A stretch of 50,645 bases of DNA from an uncultured Myxococcia bacterium (GTDB taxonomy: Bacteria > Myxococcota_A > JAVEVO01 > CAYZFJ01). This document shows, one piece after another, positions 20,343 to 31,500 of the stretch. Position 1 is the first letter of the stretch; every line of letters begins with the position of its first letter. Made by a program: the position numbers and the translations under genes. A model generated the notes under the pieces. That model was not told the origin of the DNA. It did no database searches and saw only the letters and a list, made by a program, of their open reading frames with translations. The DNA is taken from the NCBI GenBank assembly GCA_964477705.1, contig CAYZFJ010000003.1, positions 1 through 50,645 of the forward strand. Reading direction: 5' to 3'.

Positions 20343-21755
20343 TTAAATATCGTAATAAAGCTGAAACTCCATAGGTACCGGCCGCCTTCTTACCTCATCT
20401 ACTTCACGCTTCCTTTTGTATTCCAGCCAAGTCTCGATCACATCCGGAGTGAATACATCACCCTTGAGCAGGTATTCTTGGTCTTGCTCCAGCTCATGGA
20501 GAGCTTCGCTCAGAGAACCACAGGTGCTGGGCACTCCATGGAGCTCCAGGGGACTCATGGAGTAGATGTCCTTATCGAGAGGCTCCCCAGGGTCGATCTG
20601 GTTTTCCATCCCATCCAGCCCTGCCATCAAAAGCGCTGCAAAGGCCAGATAGCCATTGGCAGATGGATCGGGGAACCGGATCTCTACCCTCCGTGACTTA
20701 GGGTTGACTGAGCCCATAGGAATCCTCACCGAAGCAGACCGGTTGCGGCTGCTGTATGCCAGATTGACAGGAGCCTCATATCCAGGGACAAGACGCCGAT
20801 AGGAGTTGGTGGTTGGATTAGTGAATGCGTTGAGGGAGCGTGCATGGGCCAGGATGCCACCAATGAAGAAAAGGGCCTCTTTGCTCAACCCTGCATACTG
20901 GTCGCCGGCAAAGATGTTGTTCCCGTTTTTCCAGATGCTGATATGCACGTGCATCCCGGAACCGTTGTCTTCATAAATCGGTTTTGGCATGAATGTTACG
21001 GTGCGGCCGTGCCTGTAAGCCACATTTTTGATTACATATTTGAACCATTGGAGCTGGTCACCGGCCTCCCTGAGCCTGTTGAAGCGGATATCGATCTCGC
21101 TCTGTCCGGCAGTTGCTGCCTCATGGTGCTGGGCTTCAACAATGATCCCCAGTTTCTGGAGCTCTTCCACCATCTCATTGCGGATGTCGACCAGGCTGTC
21201 AGTGGGTGGAACCGGAAAGTACCCTTCCTTGTAGCGCGGCTTGTAACCCAGGTTGGGGTGCTCATCCCGCCTGGTGTTCCAATGACCTTCAACAGATTCA
21301 ATGTGGTAAAATGCGGAGTTTCTGGTGGACTCGTACCGGATGTCGTCGAAGATGAAGAATTCGGGTTCAGGGCCGAAGTGGGCAGTGTCTCCAGCACCAG
21401 AGGCCTTGAGATATGATTCCGCTTTAGAGGCAATGTTTCGGGGGTCCCTGGTGTATTTTTCCCTGGTGACCGAGTCGGCAATATCACAGATCAGGGATAG
21501 GGTAGGAGTCTTGATGAACGGGTCGATCTGGGCTGTGGCTGGGTCAGGAATGACCAGCATGTCGGATGCGTGGATTGGTTGCCACCCTCTGATGGAGCTG
21601 CCATCAAAACCGAAACCTTCTTCAAAGGATTCGACAGAAAATTCTGAGACAGGCACTGAGAAATGCTGCCACATCCCGGGAAAATCCATGAATTTCAGGT
21701 CAACCATTCTCAGGTGCTTTTTTTCAATGAGAGCGAGAACGTCACTTGGTCCCAT
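20343..21755 (-). CDS. glnA: Glutamine synthetase type I
   Basis: 470 aa, [39 protein letters not shown] motifs. Confidence 0.96.
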   Translation of the reverse strand: MGPSDVLALIEKKHLRMVDLKFMDFPGMWQHFSVPVSEFSVESFEEGFGFDGSSIRGWQPIHASDMLVIPDPATAQIDPFIKTPTLSLICDIADSVTREKYTRDPRNIASKAESYLKASGAGDTAHFGPEPEFFIFDDIRYESTRNSAFYHIESVEGHWNTRRDEHPNLGYKPRYKEGYFPVPPTDSLVDIRNEMVEELQKLGIIVEAQHHEAATAGQSEIDIRFNRLREAGDQLQWFKYVIKNVAYRHGRTVTFMPKPIYEDNGSGMHVHISIWKNGNNIFAGDQYAGLSKEALFFIGGILAHARSLNAFTNPTTNSYRRLVPGYEAPVNLAYSSRNRSASVRIPMGSVNPKSRRVEIRFPDPSANGYLAFAALLMAGLDGMENQIDPGEPLDKDIYSMSPLELHGVPSTCGSLSEALHELEQDQEYLLKGDVFTPDVIETWLEYKRKREVDEVRRRPVPMEFQLYYDI

Positions 21756-21773
21756 ATATGCTTTTCCTCCTTA

Positions 21774-22151
<378 letters not shown>

Positions 22152-22414
22152 TCAGCCCTCAGATGGAATGCTGCTCAGACGTGGGCAAAAATGTTTGCAC
22201 CTTATCATAAAATAGAAGACAGATTACGAGAATGCTCAGTACTTTTTTACATTTTTTTTGCGTTTCCAGACCATGAGTGTTGGTGATGGAGATGGATTGT
22301 GTGTTTGGATGGCTGACAAAGGGATTGGTGCTCGAAAAGATTCGTTTATGAACTGGCGATTTTAATCTACCATCAGGCCCCATTTCAGTTTTTGAGCAGG
22401 AAAGGTTTGGATTG

Positions 22415-23248
22415 ATGAATAATGGTTTATTGGGGAGCATGGACGGTGGTGCAGAGGATGGTGCAGAGGAAGGAACAGCCGGTGGTGCGGGACAGGGGCC
22501 GGACCGGGTGGGTAAGCTGTTCCATGTGGTAGGGGAAACCATCTCCCGGTACCGGATGATTGATGAGGGGGACCACATTCTGGTGGGTGTGTCAGGAGGC
22601 AAAGACTCTTACGTCCTGCTGGATCTGCTGGCAGGCCTGCAACGGCGATCCCCGGTTCACTTCCGGTTGAGCGCCTTTCATCTGGATGCTGGCTGGAGCG
22701 GTCACCAGGGGCAGGTGGTGGCCAGGGAGCTGGGAGAGAGGTGGCCTGACGTGCCCAATTGGTTCGATTCCATACCTATGTCTGATCTGGCGCACAGGAA
22801 ACTGACCGGTAGCGAAAATACGCCTTGTTCATTCTGTGCCAGGGTGAGGAGGGGAATTACCTATTCCTGGGCACTCAAGCTGGGGTGTAATAAGGTTGCT
22901 CTTGGGCATCACCGGGATGACATGATTGAGACTCTGCTGATGAACATGTTTTTTAACGGAACCATCAAGGGAATGCCAGCCATATTGAAGAGCAGCAGGG
23001 GACCAGTACTGATCAGACCATTGATTGGGGTTTGGGAGGACCAGATTCGTTCTTACGCAGAAGACTTGGGAGTATTTCTGCAGACCTGTCAATGTCTCGA
23101 TTCGGGCGATGGTGAATCCAGGCGGAGGTGGGCCAAGGAACTGTTGGCTAATCTGGAAAAAAGCAACCCTGGTATTAAGTCTACCCTGGCCTCATCAGCA
23201 GGACGGATTATGCCCGAGTATCTGTTGGGACATGGGAGAGTTAAGTAG
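22415..23248 (+). CDS. ttcA: tRNA 2-thiocytidine biosynthesis protein TtcA-like PP-loop ATPase
   Basis: VGVSGGKDSYVLLDLL PP-loop, PCSFCARVRRG, ALGHHRDDMIETLLMNMFFNG.IKGMP. Colinear with E. coli TtcA as I recall it. The Gly/Ala/Glu-rich N-terminal leader leaves the start uncertain. Confidence 0.8.
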   Translation: MNNGLLGSMDGGAEDGAEEGTAGGAGQGPDRVGKLFHVVGETISRYRMIDEGDHILVGVSGGKDSYVLLDLLAGLQRRSPVHFRLSAFHLDAGWSGHQGQVVARELGERWPDVPNWFDSIPMSDLAHRKLTGSENTPCSFCARVRRGITYSWALKLGCNKVALGHHRDDMIETLLMNMFFNGTIKGMPAILKSSRGPVLIRPLIGVWEDQIRSYAEDLGVFLQTCQCLDSGDGESRRRWAKELLANLEKSNPGIKSTLASSAGRIMPEYLLGHGRVK

Positions 23249-23361
23249 AGAGCGTTTCATGTTGCCTAGAACTGCCATAGGGCATCTGGTACTTGTTCAT
23301 GGATGATTACAATGCTAATCTGCCTGCCATCAAGCAGCTATTAATGAGTAAAGTGATGTAG

Positions 23362-24459
23362 ATGAACTTCAGCGATAAGAACCATAAGGAAACGGAAGGT
23401 GTTTGGTGGCCTGAAAACCTTGAAAACCCTGAAAAACTCACCGGTTCTGAATTGGACAGTCAGGGCTTCGAGCAACAGGCGCAGGATCAGGAGCAGTGGC
23501 TGGGGCAGGGGCAGGGGCAGGGGCAGGGGCAGGAGACCTTTATCAATGGTTGTGCAATGGCTGACAATTTCCCTGGCGAAGCACTGACCATGGAAGAAAT
23601 CCTGGACCAGGAGTTCTGGAAGGGGCCAGAGGTCAATCTTGAGCATGACCATGGGCATGATCTTAGTGTTGATGGTGACAACCATGATGCAGGTGTCAAA
23701 CCTGTACGACCTCTAGTGGTGCTTGGCATAATCTGTGCTGTGACACTGGTGCTGGTCGGGGTGGGCGTGCTAACTTCGAGCAGTCTTTTGGATGACTCTA
23801 AGAATGATTTGCCGGGGGGAGCATCCTTAGCCACAGGCGCAGGTGAATCCGCCAAGTCAGCATCTGGAAAAGCCAGTATGGTGGACAATGATCTAGACCC
23901 GTCTGGGGATGCTTTGTCAGATGGGGTGGCTGCAGCAGCGGTGGAAAAAACCGATGATGATCCTGCAATGAAGGATTCATCCGTAGTGGCAGATTCCTCA
24001 GTCGCTTCAGGTGGAAAGACAGCAAAAAAGCGCCAAGGAGCAGCCTCTGCCGGTGGTGGGCAATCCTCATCTGGATTGTCCTACTCCATTGTAAGCGATG
24101 ATGGGATGGTTACAAAGAAGCGTTCTGCCTTGCCCTCCGCCCAGGCGTCCCGTGACTATCTTCCCGATACCCTTACTACTAACCAGATAATGAATGTGAT
24201 TCGGACAAAACGCCGTTCCCTCCAGTCTTGCTTTGAACGTCAGCTTCGCAGGGAAGGCATGCTCGGTGAGCAGAAGACAACTATTAAATTTGAGATCGGA
24301 CAGCAGGGGAACACGGGCAGGATTACCGTTGAGGGAGGAGGAGATAACTCGATATTTTCCCAGTGTGTGGAACAGCAGATCAGACGCTGGAAATTCCCCC
24401 CATTTTCCGGTGCCCCGATCCCAGTTGAATACCCGATTCTGTTGACCGCTACCCACTAG
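23362..24459 (+). CDS. Bitopic membrane protein with TonB_C / AgmX-PglI-like C-terminal domain
   Basis: Acidic N-terminus with a GQ repeat, one TM (PLVVLGIICAVTLVLVGVGVLT), a low-complexity linker, and a C-terminal pattern I.NVIR.....L..CFE..L.....G....IKFEI...G......V.......F..CVE..IRRWKFPPF.G....V.YP. Confidence 0.6.
   Translation: MNFSDKNHKETEGVWWPENLENPEKLTGSELDSQGFEQQAQDQEQWLGQGQGQGQGQETFINGCAMADNFPGEALTMEEILDQEFWKGPEVNLEHDHGHDLSVDGDNHDAGVKPVRPLVVLGIICAVTLVLVGVGVLTSSSLLDDSKNDLPGGASLATGAGESAKSASGKASMVDNDLDPSGDALSDGVAAAAVEKTDDDPAMKDSSVVADSSVASGGKTAKKRQGAASAGGGQSSSGLSYSIVSDDGMVTKKRSALPSAQASRDYLPDTLTTNQIMNVIRTKRRSLQSCFERQLRREGMLGEQKTTIKFEIGQQGNTGRITVEGGGDNSIFSQCVEQQIRRWKFPPFSGAPIPVEYPILLTATH
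23502..23531 (+). repeat. In-frame hexanucleotide repeat (GGGGCA)x5 encoding (GQ)5
   Basis: Read directly as ggggca x5 inside the 23362 ORF. Confidence 0.9.
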
Positions 24460-24567
24460 GCCCTACCTTATCAGGTACGGGCACTAGGGACAGTGTCGGA
24501 TGAGCTGTGTTGACTTGTAGGCTCGCACCTTGGTAATAGTCTAGGTTGGATATTTGTGGAGTCGCTC

Positions 24568-25002
24568 ATGAATCGTTGGGTTGTGCCACTGTTCATTCTA
24601 TTATTGCTGGAGCTTACCGGATGTGCGCCCGTTCTGGGTGTGTCTGCAATCGGAAGGGCCGAGCTCGCCATTGAGGCAGCCACACTGGCGGGGAGCAGGG
24701 AGCATGCCCCATATGAATACACTGCAGCCAAGTTGTATTACGACAAGGCCAGGGAGAAACAGAACAGATCCCAGTTTGGCATGGCCCGCAATTATGCACA
24801 AAAGGCCCAGAGTTTTGCCCAGAAAGCCAGAGTGATGGCAGAGGAGCGTTCTGGGGAATCTAAGGTCAATGTGCCGACTGGAAGCTCACCCGCAGTTAAT
24901 GATGGTGCACATGGCAGCGGCCAGGCGGGGGCCTTCTTCAGGGATGTAGATGGTGGGGGCATGGCACCGGTAACACCAGGTAGGACTGATGGAACAGATT
25001 AA
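24568..25002 (+). CDS. DUF4398-like lipoprotein
   Basis: Signal plus lipobox LELTGC. Helical [34 protein letters not shown]...ARNYAQKA resembles DUF4398. Start is ATG 24568 or GTG 24556. Confidence 0.65.
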   Translation: MNRWVVPLFILLLLELTGCAPVLGVSAIGRAELAIEAATLAGSREHAPYEYTAAKLYYDKAREKQNRSQFGMARNYAQKAQSFAQKARVMAEERSGESKVNVPTGSSPAVNDGAHGSGQAGAFFRDVDGGGMAPVTPGRTDGTD

Positions 25003-26269
25003 ACACAAATTATCTGGCCTGGTGATGCTGTTGGCGGTTCTTCTGTTTTCCCAGACTGCCCTCCTCCTGACAGGTTGCAGTATGGGGATGAAGGCCAGCC
25101 TTAAAGGCGAACAGGTTTATCGGGAGCTGTCTGTAATTCAGGACAGAGCCTACCGGTGTACGCCGGAGGAGCTGGCGAAAGCTACTGTTCATCTGGAATT
25201 AGGTCGGGCTGAATTGGAGCGTGGAGACCTGCTCAGGGGGCAGGAGCATATGGATCAGGCGCTCGCCAGCGTGAGAGCTGCAGAGGTTGGGTCCAGGGGG
25301 ACCGAATGCAGGGCTCCTATGCCTCTACTTGTTGTGGATACGGATAATGATGGTGTGGAAGACCAGTTCGACAACTGCCCGCCCATCTATAATCCCGATC
25401 AGGCGGATATGGACGGGGATGGGGTTGGAGATGCCTGTGATCTGGACATGGAAGGGGACGGTGTGCCCGATGATCGTGATAATTGCCCATCCTTGTATAA
25501 CCCTGATCAGGCGGATATTGATGGTGATGGCATGGGTGATCTCTGTGACCCTGACATGGATGGCGATATGGTGCCCAATGAAGAGGACAACTGCCCCATG
25601 GTGGCAAACTCCGATCAGGATGACATGGATGGCGATGGAGTAGGAGATGCCTGTGATCCGGATATGGACGGTGATAGGATTCTCAATGATGTAGATAATT
25701 GTCCCTTCGATGTTAATCCGGATCAGGCTGATCTGAATGGGGACGGGATCGGGGATGTGTGCGATTTCGATATTGATGGAGATGGGGTTGATAACGCTGA
25801 GGACAATTGTCCCACCATTTATAACCAGGAGCAGGAGGATGCAGATGCTGACGGGGTGGGGGATGCATGTGACCCTGATTATCTCTCCTCACTCAAGCAG
25901 TCATACCAGTTGGTCAAGCTTACCGCAGAAAAGATTGAGCTCTCCCAGAAGGTCCATTTTGGTACGGCCAAATCGGTGATCCTGCCCCAGTCTTTTGCCT
26001 TGTTGAACGAGGTCGCCAGGGTTCTGCTGGACCACCCACGGTTGAGGGTGAGGATTGAGGGACATACTGACGATAGGGGCAAGGCATCCTACAACCTCAA
26101 GCTTTCCCAGGAGAGGGCAGATTCGGTTCGGATTTACCTGATTAGACAAGGAGTTGATCCCCAGCGGATGGATTCCGTTGGGTTCGGCATGGAGCAGCCC
26201 ATCGGTGACAACCGCACGACACAGGGACAATCCGATAATAGACGTGTTGAATTTGTTGTCTTAAACTGA
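24989..26269 (+). CDS. OmpA-family lipoprotein with thrombospondin type-3 (TSP3) Ca-binding repeats
   Basis: Lipobox LLLTGC. At least 7 repeats of D.D.DGV.D..DNCP...NPDQ.D.DGDG.GD.CD. C-terminal OmpA-like domain (...[10 protein letters not shown]...YN..LS..RA..V...L...G......GFG...P...N......NRRVEF). Confidence 0.85.
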   Translation: MEQIKHKLSGLVMLLAVLLFSQTALLLTGCSMGMKASLKGEQVYRELSVIQDRAYRCTPEELAKATVHLELGRAELERGDLLRGQEHMDQALASVRAAEVGSRGTECRAPMPLLVVDTDNDGVEDQFDNCPPIYNPDQADMDGDGVGDACDLDMEGDGVPDDRDNCPSLYNPDQADIDGDGMGDLCDPDMDGDMVPNEEDNCPMVANSDQDDMDGDGVGDACDPDMDGDRILNDVDNCPFDVNPDQADLNGDGIGDVCDFDIDGDGVDNAEDNCPTIYNQEQEDADADGVGDACDPDYLSSLKQSYQLVKLTAEKIELSQKVHFGTAKSVILPQSFALLNEVARVLLDHPRLRVRIEGHTDDRGKASYNLKLSQERADSVRIYLIRQGVDPQRMDSVGFGMEQPIGDNRTTQGQSDNRRVEFVVLN

Positions 26270-26333
26270 TGCGCCAAATGACTGGGTGTGTATGGGTTAG
26301 AGAAGCATCGGGTGGGGCATGGCGGGTAATGCG

Positions 26334-26368
26334 GGAATGGGAGGATGGAGGATGGAGGATGGAGGAGC
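26334..26368. repeat. Imperfect heptamer tandem repeat (GAGGATG)x~5 in a G-rich spacer
   Basis: Read directly as gggaatg gaggatg gaggatg gaggatg gaggagc. Confidence 0.8.
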
Positions 26369-26523
26369 GTGGGTAATAATAATATTTGTAACCAAAGCCT
26401 CTGGTCGGTGATAATGCTGGCCAGATTAAGTTGTTATCAGAGCCCGGCAATTAACTGGGTTCATTGTTTATATAACCGGCAGGCAGCTTGAATCAGCCAC
26501 CGGAGATCAAGGGAAATAGCCCG

Positions 26524-28269
26524 ATGGAGTTTAGCAGATTAGGCGTCCGCAGATTGGAAGGTGGATTGGGGGGAGCAACCGTATTTCTGCTGATGCTGGT
26601 CATTACCAGCCTTCCTGTTATGCTGCCGGCCCTTGCTAATGCGTATGGCAGCGTGGAGGAAGAGGTAGAGGACTTATACTACCGGAGCCTGGATGAGTAT
26701 GACGATTTTCAACTGGATGAGGCTAAAAACTTGCTTGACCAGGCGATGTCTGTTGCTGCTCAGAGCGGATTAAAAAATACTCTTACTGCCCAGATCCACC
26801 TTCAGTTGGGTGTCATCCTCTTCGCTGAGGGGGATTCTGATGGTGCCCGAGGGGAATTCGCCGATGCGCTGAATGATGATCCCTATATTGAATTGGATCC
26901 CCTTATGTCGAGCCCGAGCCTTCAGAAAACCTTTGACGAGATGAAGGCTCAAGCCGCCACTAGCGGAGGCGGTGCAGGTGGACCAGGAGGCGGTTCCGGG
27001 TATGGTTCGGCTGAAGGTGGCTACGGGGAATATGGTGGGGGTGGTACCATGGCCGGTTCAGATTCAGGTTCCGGCGACGGCTATGGAGCGCCCGTTTCAG
27101 CAGCGCCTGCTGCCGGGGCAGGACTCTCCCATCAACCGGTGCTCCAGGCAGTTCACGGTGTGGGGATCGCCCTTTACATGGAAGTCCCAAGGGGGCTGCC
27201 AGTGGCTCGAGTATTTGCTGTTTATCGGAATCAGAATGCTCAAGAGTGGAACAGCATTGAGATGGAGCCAAGGGGGAGATCAGGATTCGCCGCTGCAATC
27301 CCCGGTCATGATGTCTCCGGCGAGGTAATCTTCTACCACCTGGAAGTAATGGATGCTGGCGGTAACATTGTAGCTTCGGCTGGTACAGCGAATAATCCAT
27401 ATCGGATCCGGCTTTCGCCTGCTGCCCCGCCTTCACCACCGCCACCACCCGCATATCCTTCAGCCGGTTCTTCTGGTAGCGGAGGTTATCAGGGGCAGCC
27501 TTCGTCCGGCAGTCAGTATGGGGGAGGATATGGGTATGGGGGGCAGTCATCAGGAACAGGGGCCGGTTCAACAGGCTCATCAGCCTATGGGGATTCGTCC
27601 TCCTCATATTGGCAGCAGCCTTCATCCCAGGGAGGGTATGGTTCACAGGGAATGGGCGGGGGCGGAGGTGGTGCTTTCAGTTTCAGTGGTTCCTCTGGTG
27701 TGGGTGCTTATTCAAGTCCAGATCGGACAGTCTCCCTTTCGCTGGAAGGTGGGTTCGGTTTCGGTGTGGCAAAGGGGCCGACCCTTCGCACTTCCCAGTA
27801 TGTAGAGGTTGGTCCCGGTTTGGCATGGTCTTCTATTGCCCAGCTCAAGGTGGATGCAGGCTATTTTATTAAAAACAACCTGCAGGCGGGACTGGGGATG
27901 AGACTGCAATTCATCGGTGATGAGGATGCGGGGATAGTCATGGAACCCATGGTCACTGTAAAGGGGAGGTATTACTACGGGCTGGCTCCGGTTTACAGGC
28001 TTTATGTGGGAGGTGGCGCAGGCTTGGGGAGCGTACAGCATACGGTAAATCTAGGCGACCAGTACGGTGGTTATCTTGATACTACCAGGGCCGGAGGAAC
28101 TGAACCCCTGTTCGCTGGGTTGTCCGGGTACCATGTGATGGCCATTACTGGTATGGAGTACTCTATTTCGGATGAATTATCATTGGTAGGCGGGATTGAT
28201 CTGTATCTTCTTCTGCCCAGTGTTTCGGTGCATGCTGACGTGAGTGCGGGTATGGCCTTCTCGTTCTAG
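26524..28269 (+). CDS. Secreted TPR-like / low-complexity / C-terminal beta-barrel outer-membrane protein
   Basis: Signal-like MEFSRLG...LPVMLPALANA, a TPR-like helix pair, and Gly/Ser/Tyr/Gln-rich tracts. The C-terminal ~200 aa have alternating hydrophobic strands ending ...AGMAFSF (OMP-type terminal Phe). Start is ATG 26524 or TTG 26488. Confidence 0.55.
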   Translation: MEFSRLGVRRLEGGLGGATVFLLMLVITSLPVMLPALANAYGSVEEEVEDLYYRSLDEYDDFQLDEAKNLLDQAMSVAAQSGLKNTLTAQIHLQLGVILFAEGDSDGARGEFADALNDDPYIELDPLMSSPSLQKTFDEMKAQAATSGGGAGGPGGGSGYGSAEGGYGEYGGGGTMAGSDSGSGDGYGAPVSAAPAAGAGLSHQPVLQAVHGVGIALYMEVPRGLPVARVFAVYRNQNAQEWNSIEMEPRGRSGFAAAIPGHDVSGEVIFYHLEVMDAGGNIVASAGTANNPYRIRLSPAAPPSPPPPPAYPSAGSSGSGGYQGQPSSGSQYGGGYGYGGQSSGTGAGSTGSSAYGDSSSSYWQQPSSQGGYGSQGMGGGGGGAFSFSGSSGVGAYSSPDRTVSLSLEGGFGFGVAKGPTLRTSQYVEVGPGLAWSSIAQLKVDAGYFIKNNLQAGLGMRLQFIGDEDAGIVMEPMVTVKGRYYYGLAPVYRLYVGGGAGLGSVQHTVNLGDQYGGYLDTTRAGGTEPLFAGLSGYHVMAITGMEYSISDELSLVGGIDLYLLLPSVSVHADVSAGMAFSF

Positions 28270-28554
28270 TCTTGGCATTGGGCCATCTCACATCACCCAT
28301 TCACTCTTTATACATCCATCCTGACCATTCGTTCTTCCTCTTTTTCTACTTTATCAAGTATCCTCCGCACTCGATCTCTGCTTGACCTATACCTGGCCAC
28401 CACCTGTTCGGTTTGGGCTTTGTGCTTATTCGCTTTTTCTTAACTTTTATTTCAATGCAGGTACAATGCGGCGGCAGTGAGTGGCAGTGCGGTCATGACC
28501 TTCTTTGATGAGCCAGAGGCGGATTTTATCAGTTGTCGAACCTGAGAGGCAAAG

Positions 28555-31500
28555 ATGAGCGGTGTTGGAATGATTCCCAGTGGTTGTGAAAGGGGCGGAA
28601 AAAACTCGCTTTATAAGAAGGTTGACTCTGGTACACCTTTATCCACGGAGCAAGTGGTAGCCCGACGATGGGTTCTGCCAGTTCTGTGTGATGCAGTTTT
28701 GATTGCCATTCTCGTGGTGGTCATGGATTTGGTGGTGCTGCTCTCTGGCAAAGGACCCCTCTTCAGCTCTGTTCGGGAGCCGGTACTTCTGTTTCCTGCC
28801 TTGCTCGGTATCTCCTGGCCGTGGATGCTGCCTCTCCTTTTTCCCATACTTGCCATTGTGGACAGAAGCAGGAGATGGTTCTGTAGAGCAGGGACCGGGC
28901 GATTGGCGTTCTGTTTGAGAACAGTTCTTATGGCGATTCCTGCACTGTTCTTTTTTCACTGGGTCATATGGGATGTGCTGCAAGGGCCTACTTTTGCTTT
29001 CCTGCCTGGGCTGCCAGTGCTGGGTTGGCTGGGAGCATCTGTTGCTGCTGTGCTGTGGTCGATTGGAGTGGTGGGTGCGGCTGATGGAGGGGTTGGTTCG
29101 AGATGGCGGTGGACAATCCTGTCTGGCGGTGGAAAGCTGGCAGCAGGCGCTCTGTTGCTGGTTGTGGCATTGGGCTTGCATTGGTTCGACGGCAACGTTC
29201 TGATCAGGCTCTATCCAAGGCTGCATGCCACGGTTTTTCTTTTCACCTGCACCCTGCTGTTTATGGTTGTTGTGGTTAGTGGGCTGGGACGTAGGCTGGC
29301 TGTATGGATGGGCCGGTTCTGCGGGGGCGGGGGGAGCGGGGGGGCCGGGGATAGAGGACGGGGCAAGGTGGGTGTGGGTGTGGGTGCGGGCCTGCTTGTG
29401 GTGATTCTGTTGGCTGGTTCTGCTTTTCTCGGTTCGGACTACTTTTTGAACAGTCAGGCGAATTTGCGGTTCCAGATTGTGAGTAAATGTCCTGGGGCTG
29501 GCAAACTGGCACTGATGCGGAATCGAGCCTCAGACTTGCTCTTTCAGGCTGTTCTGTTTGCTGGTGGGACAGGGGGCACCCATGGAGATGGAGGCCGCGG
29601 ACTGTGGCTGGGATCAGCAGGTGAAGACCCAGGCCCAGGTCAAGGCCAAGGCCCATACGGTCTTATTGGAGATTATGATGGGGAGCTTTGGCCTTATGGT
29701 CCAGGCGATGGTGGCAGTCAAGTTGGCGATACCAGTGAGTCTCCAGATGAGGAGGAAGCTGCAGCAGGTGGGGAGAGCAGGGGAAGCGGGGGTGGAGCTG
29801 CCAGTGATACTGCATTAGATGGAGCGCATATAGCAAAGTACGCCCTCTCAGGTATGCCAAGGCTTCGTCCCAATGGGAATAACGTGGTGCTGGTTACCAT
29901 GGATGCTGTCAGGGCATCCCATTGCAGTGTTTATGGGTTTGAGCGTCAGACTACCCCCTTCTTAGAAGAGCTTGCCAAAGAATCAGCATTGTTTATCAAG
30001 GCATATACCCAGTCCAGTCACACCTCATACTCCCTCTCCATGCTTATGTCTTCCAGATATATGTATCAGCCAGAGACCCACAATCTGGCCGAGCTGCCAA
30101 CCATGGCCAGCGTACTTGGGAAGGCAGGGTATGCCACCATGGCGGTTTACTCCCAGTACCTTTTCTTCAGTAGAGAGGATCTGTTTCAACCGATGATTGC
30201 ACGGCGGTTTGGGTTTGAAAAAACCGATAACAGGCACCTTGATGGCCGTCAGGCTGTGGATAGTGCCATTGAGATGCTTGATGAGCATTTTGCCGGGCAG
30301 GGTAGGGAATTTTTCTTGTGGGTTCATCTTTTTGATGCACATGAGCCCTATGATACTCAAGAAGAGTTCTCATTTGGGAATAAGGACGTTGATCGATATC
30401 ATGGGGAGATCGCCTTTGCAGATAGCCAGATTAGAAGGCTGGTGGAGTATCTGAACACACAGGGGGCCGTTGGGGAGAACACCGTGCTGGTGGTGGCAGC
30501 GGATCATGGGGAAGAATTTGGCGACCATGGGGGGGCCTATCATGGATCTTCTCTATATGATGAACAGGCGCGGGTTCCTCTGTTGATCAGGTATCCGGCT
30601 GGATTAGAGAAGCAAAAGGAGAAGGCGAAGGAGAAGTCCCTGTCATCTCCAACTGGAGAGGCAGGAGTAGAGGTTGATGCTGCTCTGGTGGTGGATGAAC
30701 CTGTTCAATTGATAGATATTTTCCCTACCCTGCTCACTTTGACGGGCCTAAACCCACCACAGGGATTCAAATTGCAGGGTACAGATCTGTCACCTGCACT
30801 CCTCCATGGGAGAGAGATTAACCATGGCGCCTATGGGGCTGTACTTACTAAGCGTATGGTAGTGTCTGGACAGCATAAGTTCATCGTTAATTTTGCTACT
30901 GACACCAGAGAACTGTACCACCTGGCCGATGATCCGTGGGAGCGCCGCAACGTGTTGGATCAGGAACCGGAGCGGGCCAAAGTGTTGGAGCGAATGCTAT
31001 CTACATGGGTTGATGGGGTGCTGGTAGGAACCCGTGACCCGGTACGCTGGGGGCTTGCTCTTGCAAGGCTGGGCGATCCCAGATCTGTTCCCATTCTTAG
31101 GGCTATCTTAGCTAATAGCCGGCTTGCTACTGAGATAAGGATTGAGGCAGTATTGCTTCTTGGGAGTATGGGTAACGGGGACCCTGAAACAGTGGCAGCG
31201 CTCCAGCAAGTATCAAAGAGTGGGAATCTGGTGGGTGACTGTGCGGTTGTGACCCTTGCCATGTTGGGCGTGGAAACCGACCAGGTACGGTTGGGCAGTC
31301 TTCAGGATGCCAGCGCCATTGCTGTCAAAATGGGACGGAATGAGACAGACTGGCCCCGTCAGATTGCTCGCAGGGCGGCGATTGCAAGGGCTAGGACGGG
31401 GAATGTGGATGCAGTTCCATTTTTGCAGAAAATCCTGGATGAAGAAGACAGGGATTTCGAGGAGGTTGCCCTGGCAGCCCTCGGTTCTCTCAAGGCTCCT

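Noticed and set aside
22761-22771. GGTTCGATTCC, a sequence resembling a tRNA T-psi-C arm.
   Set aside because: It lies inside the well-supported ttcA reading frame (…PNWFDSIP…). I could not fold the flanks into acceptor, D and anticodon arms.
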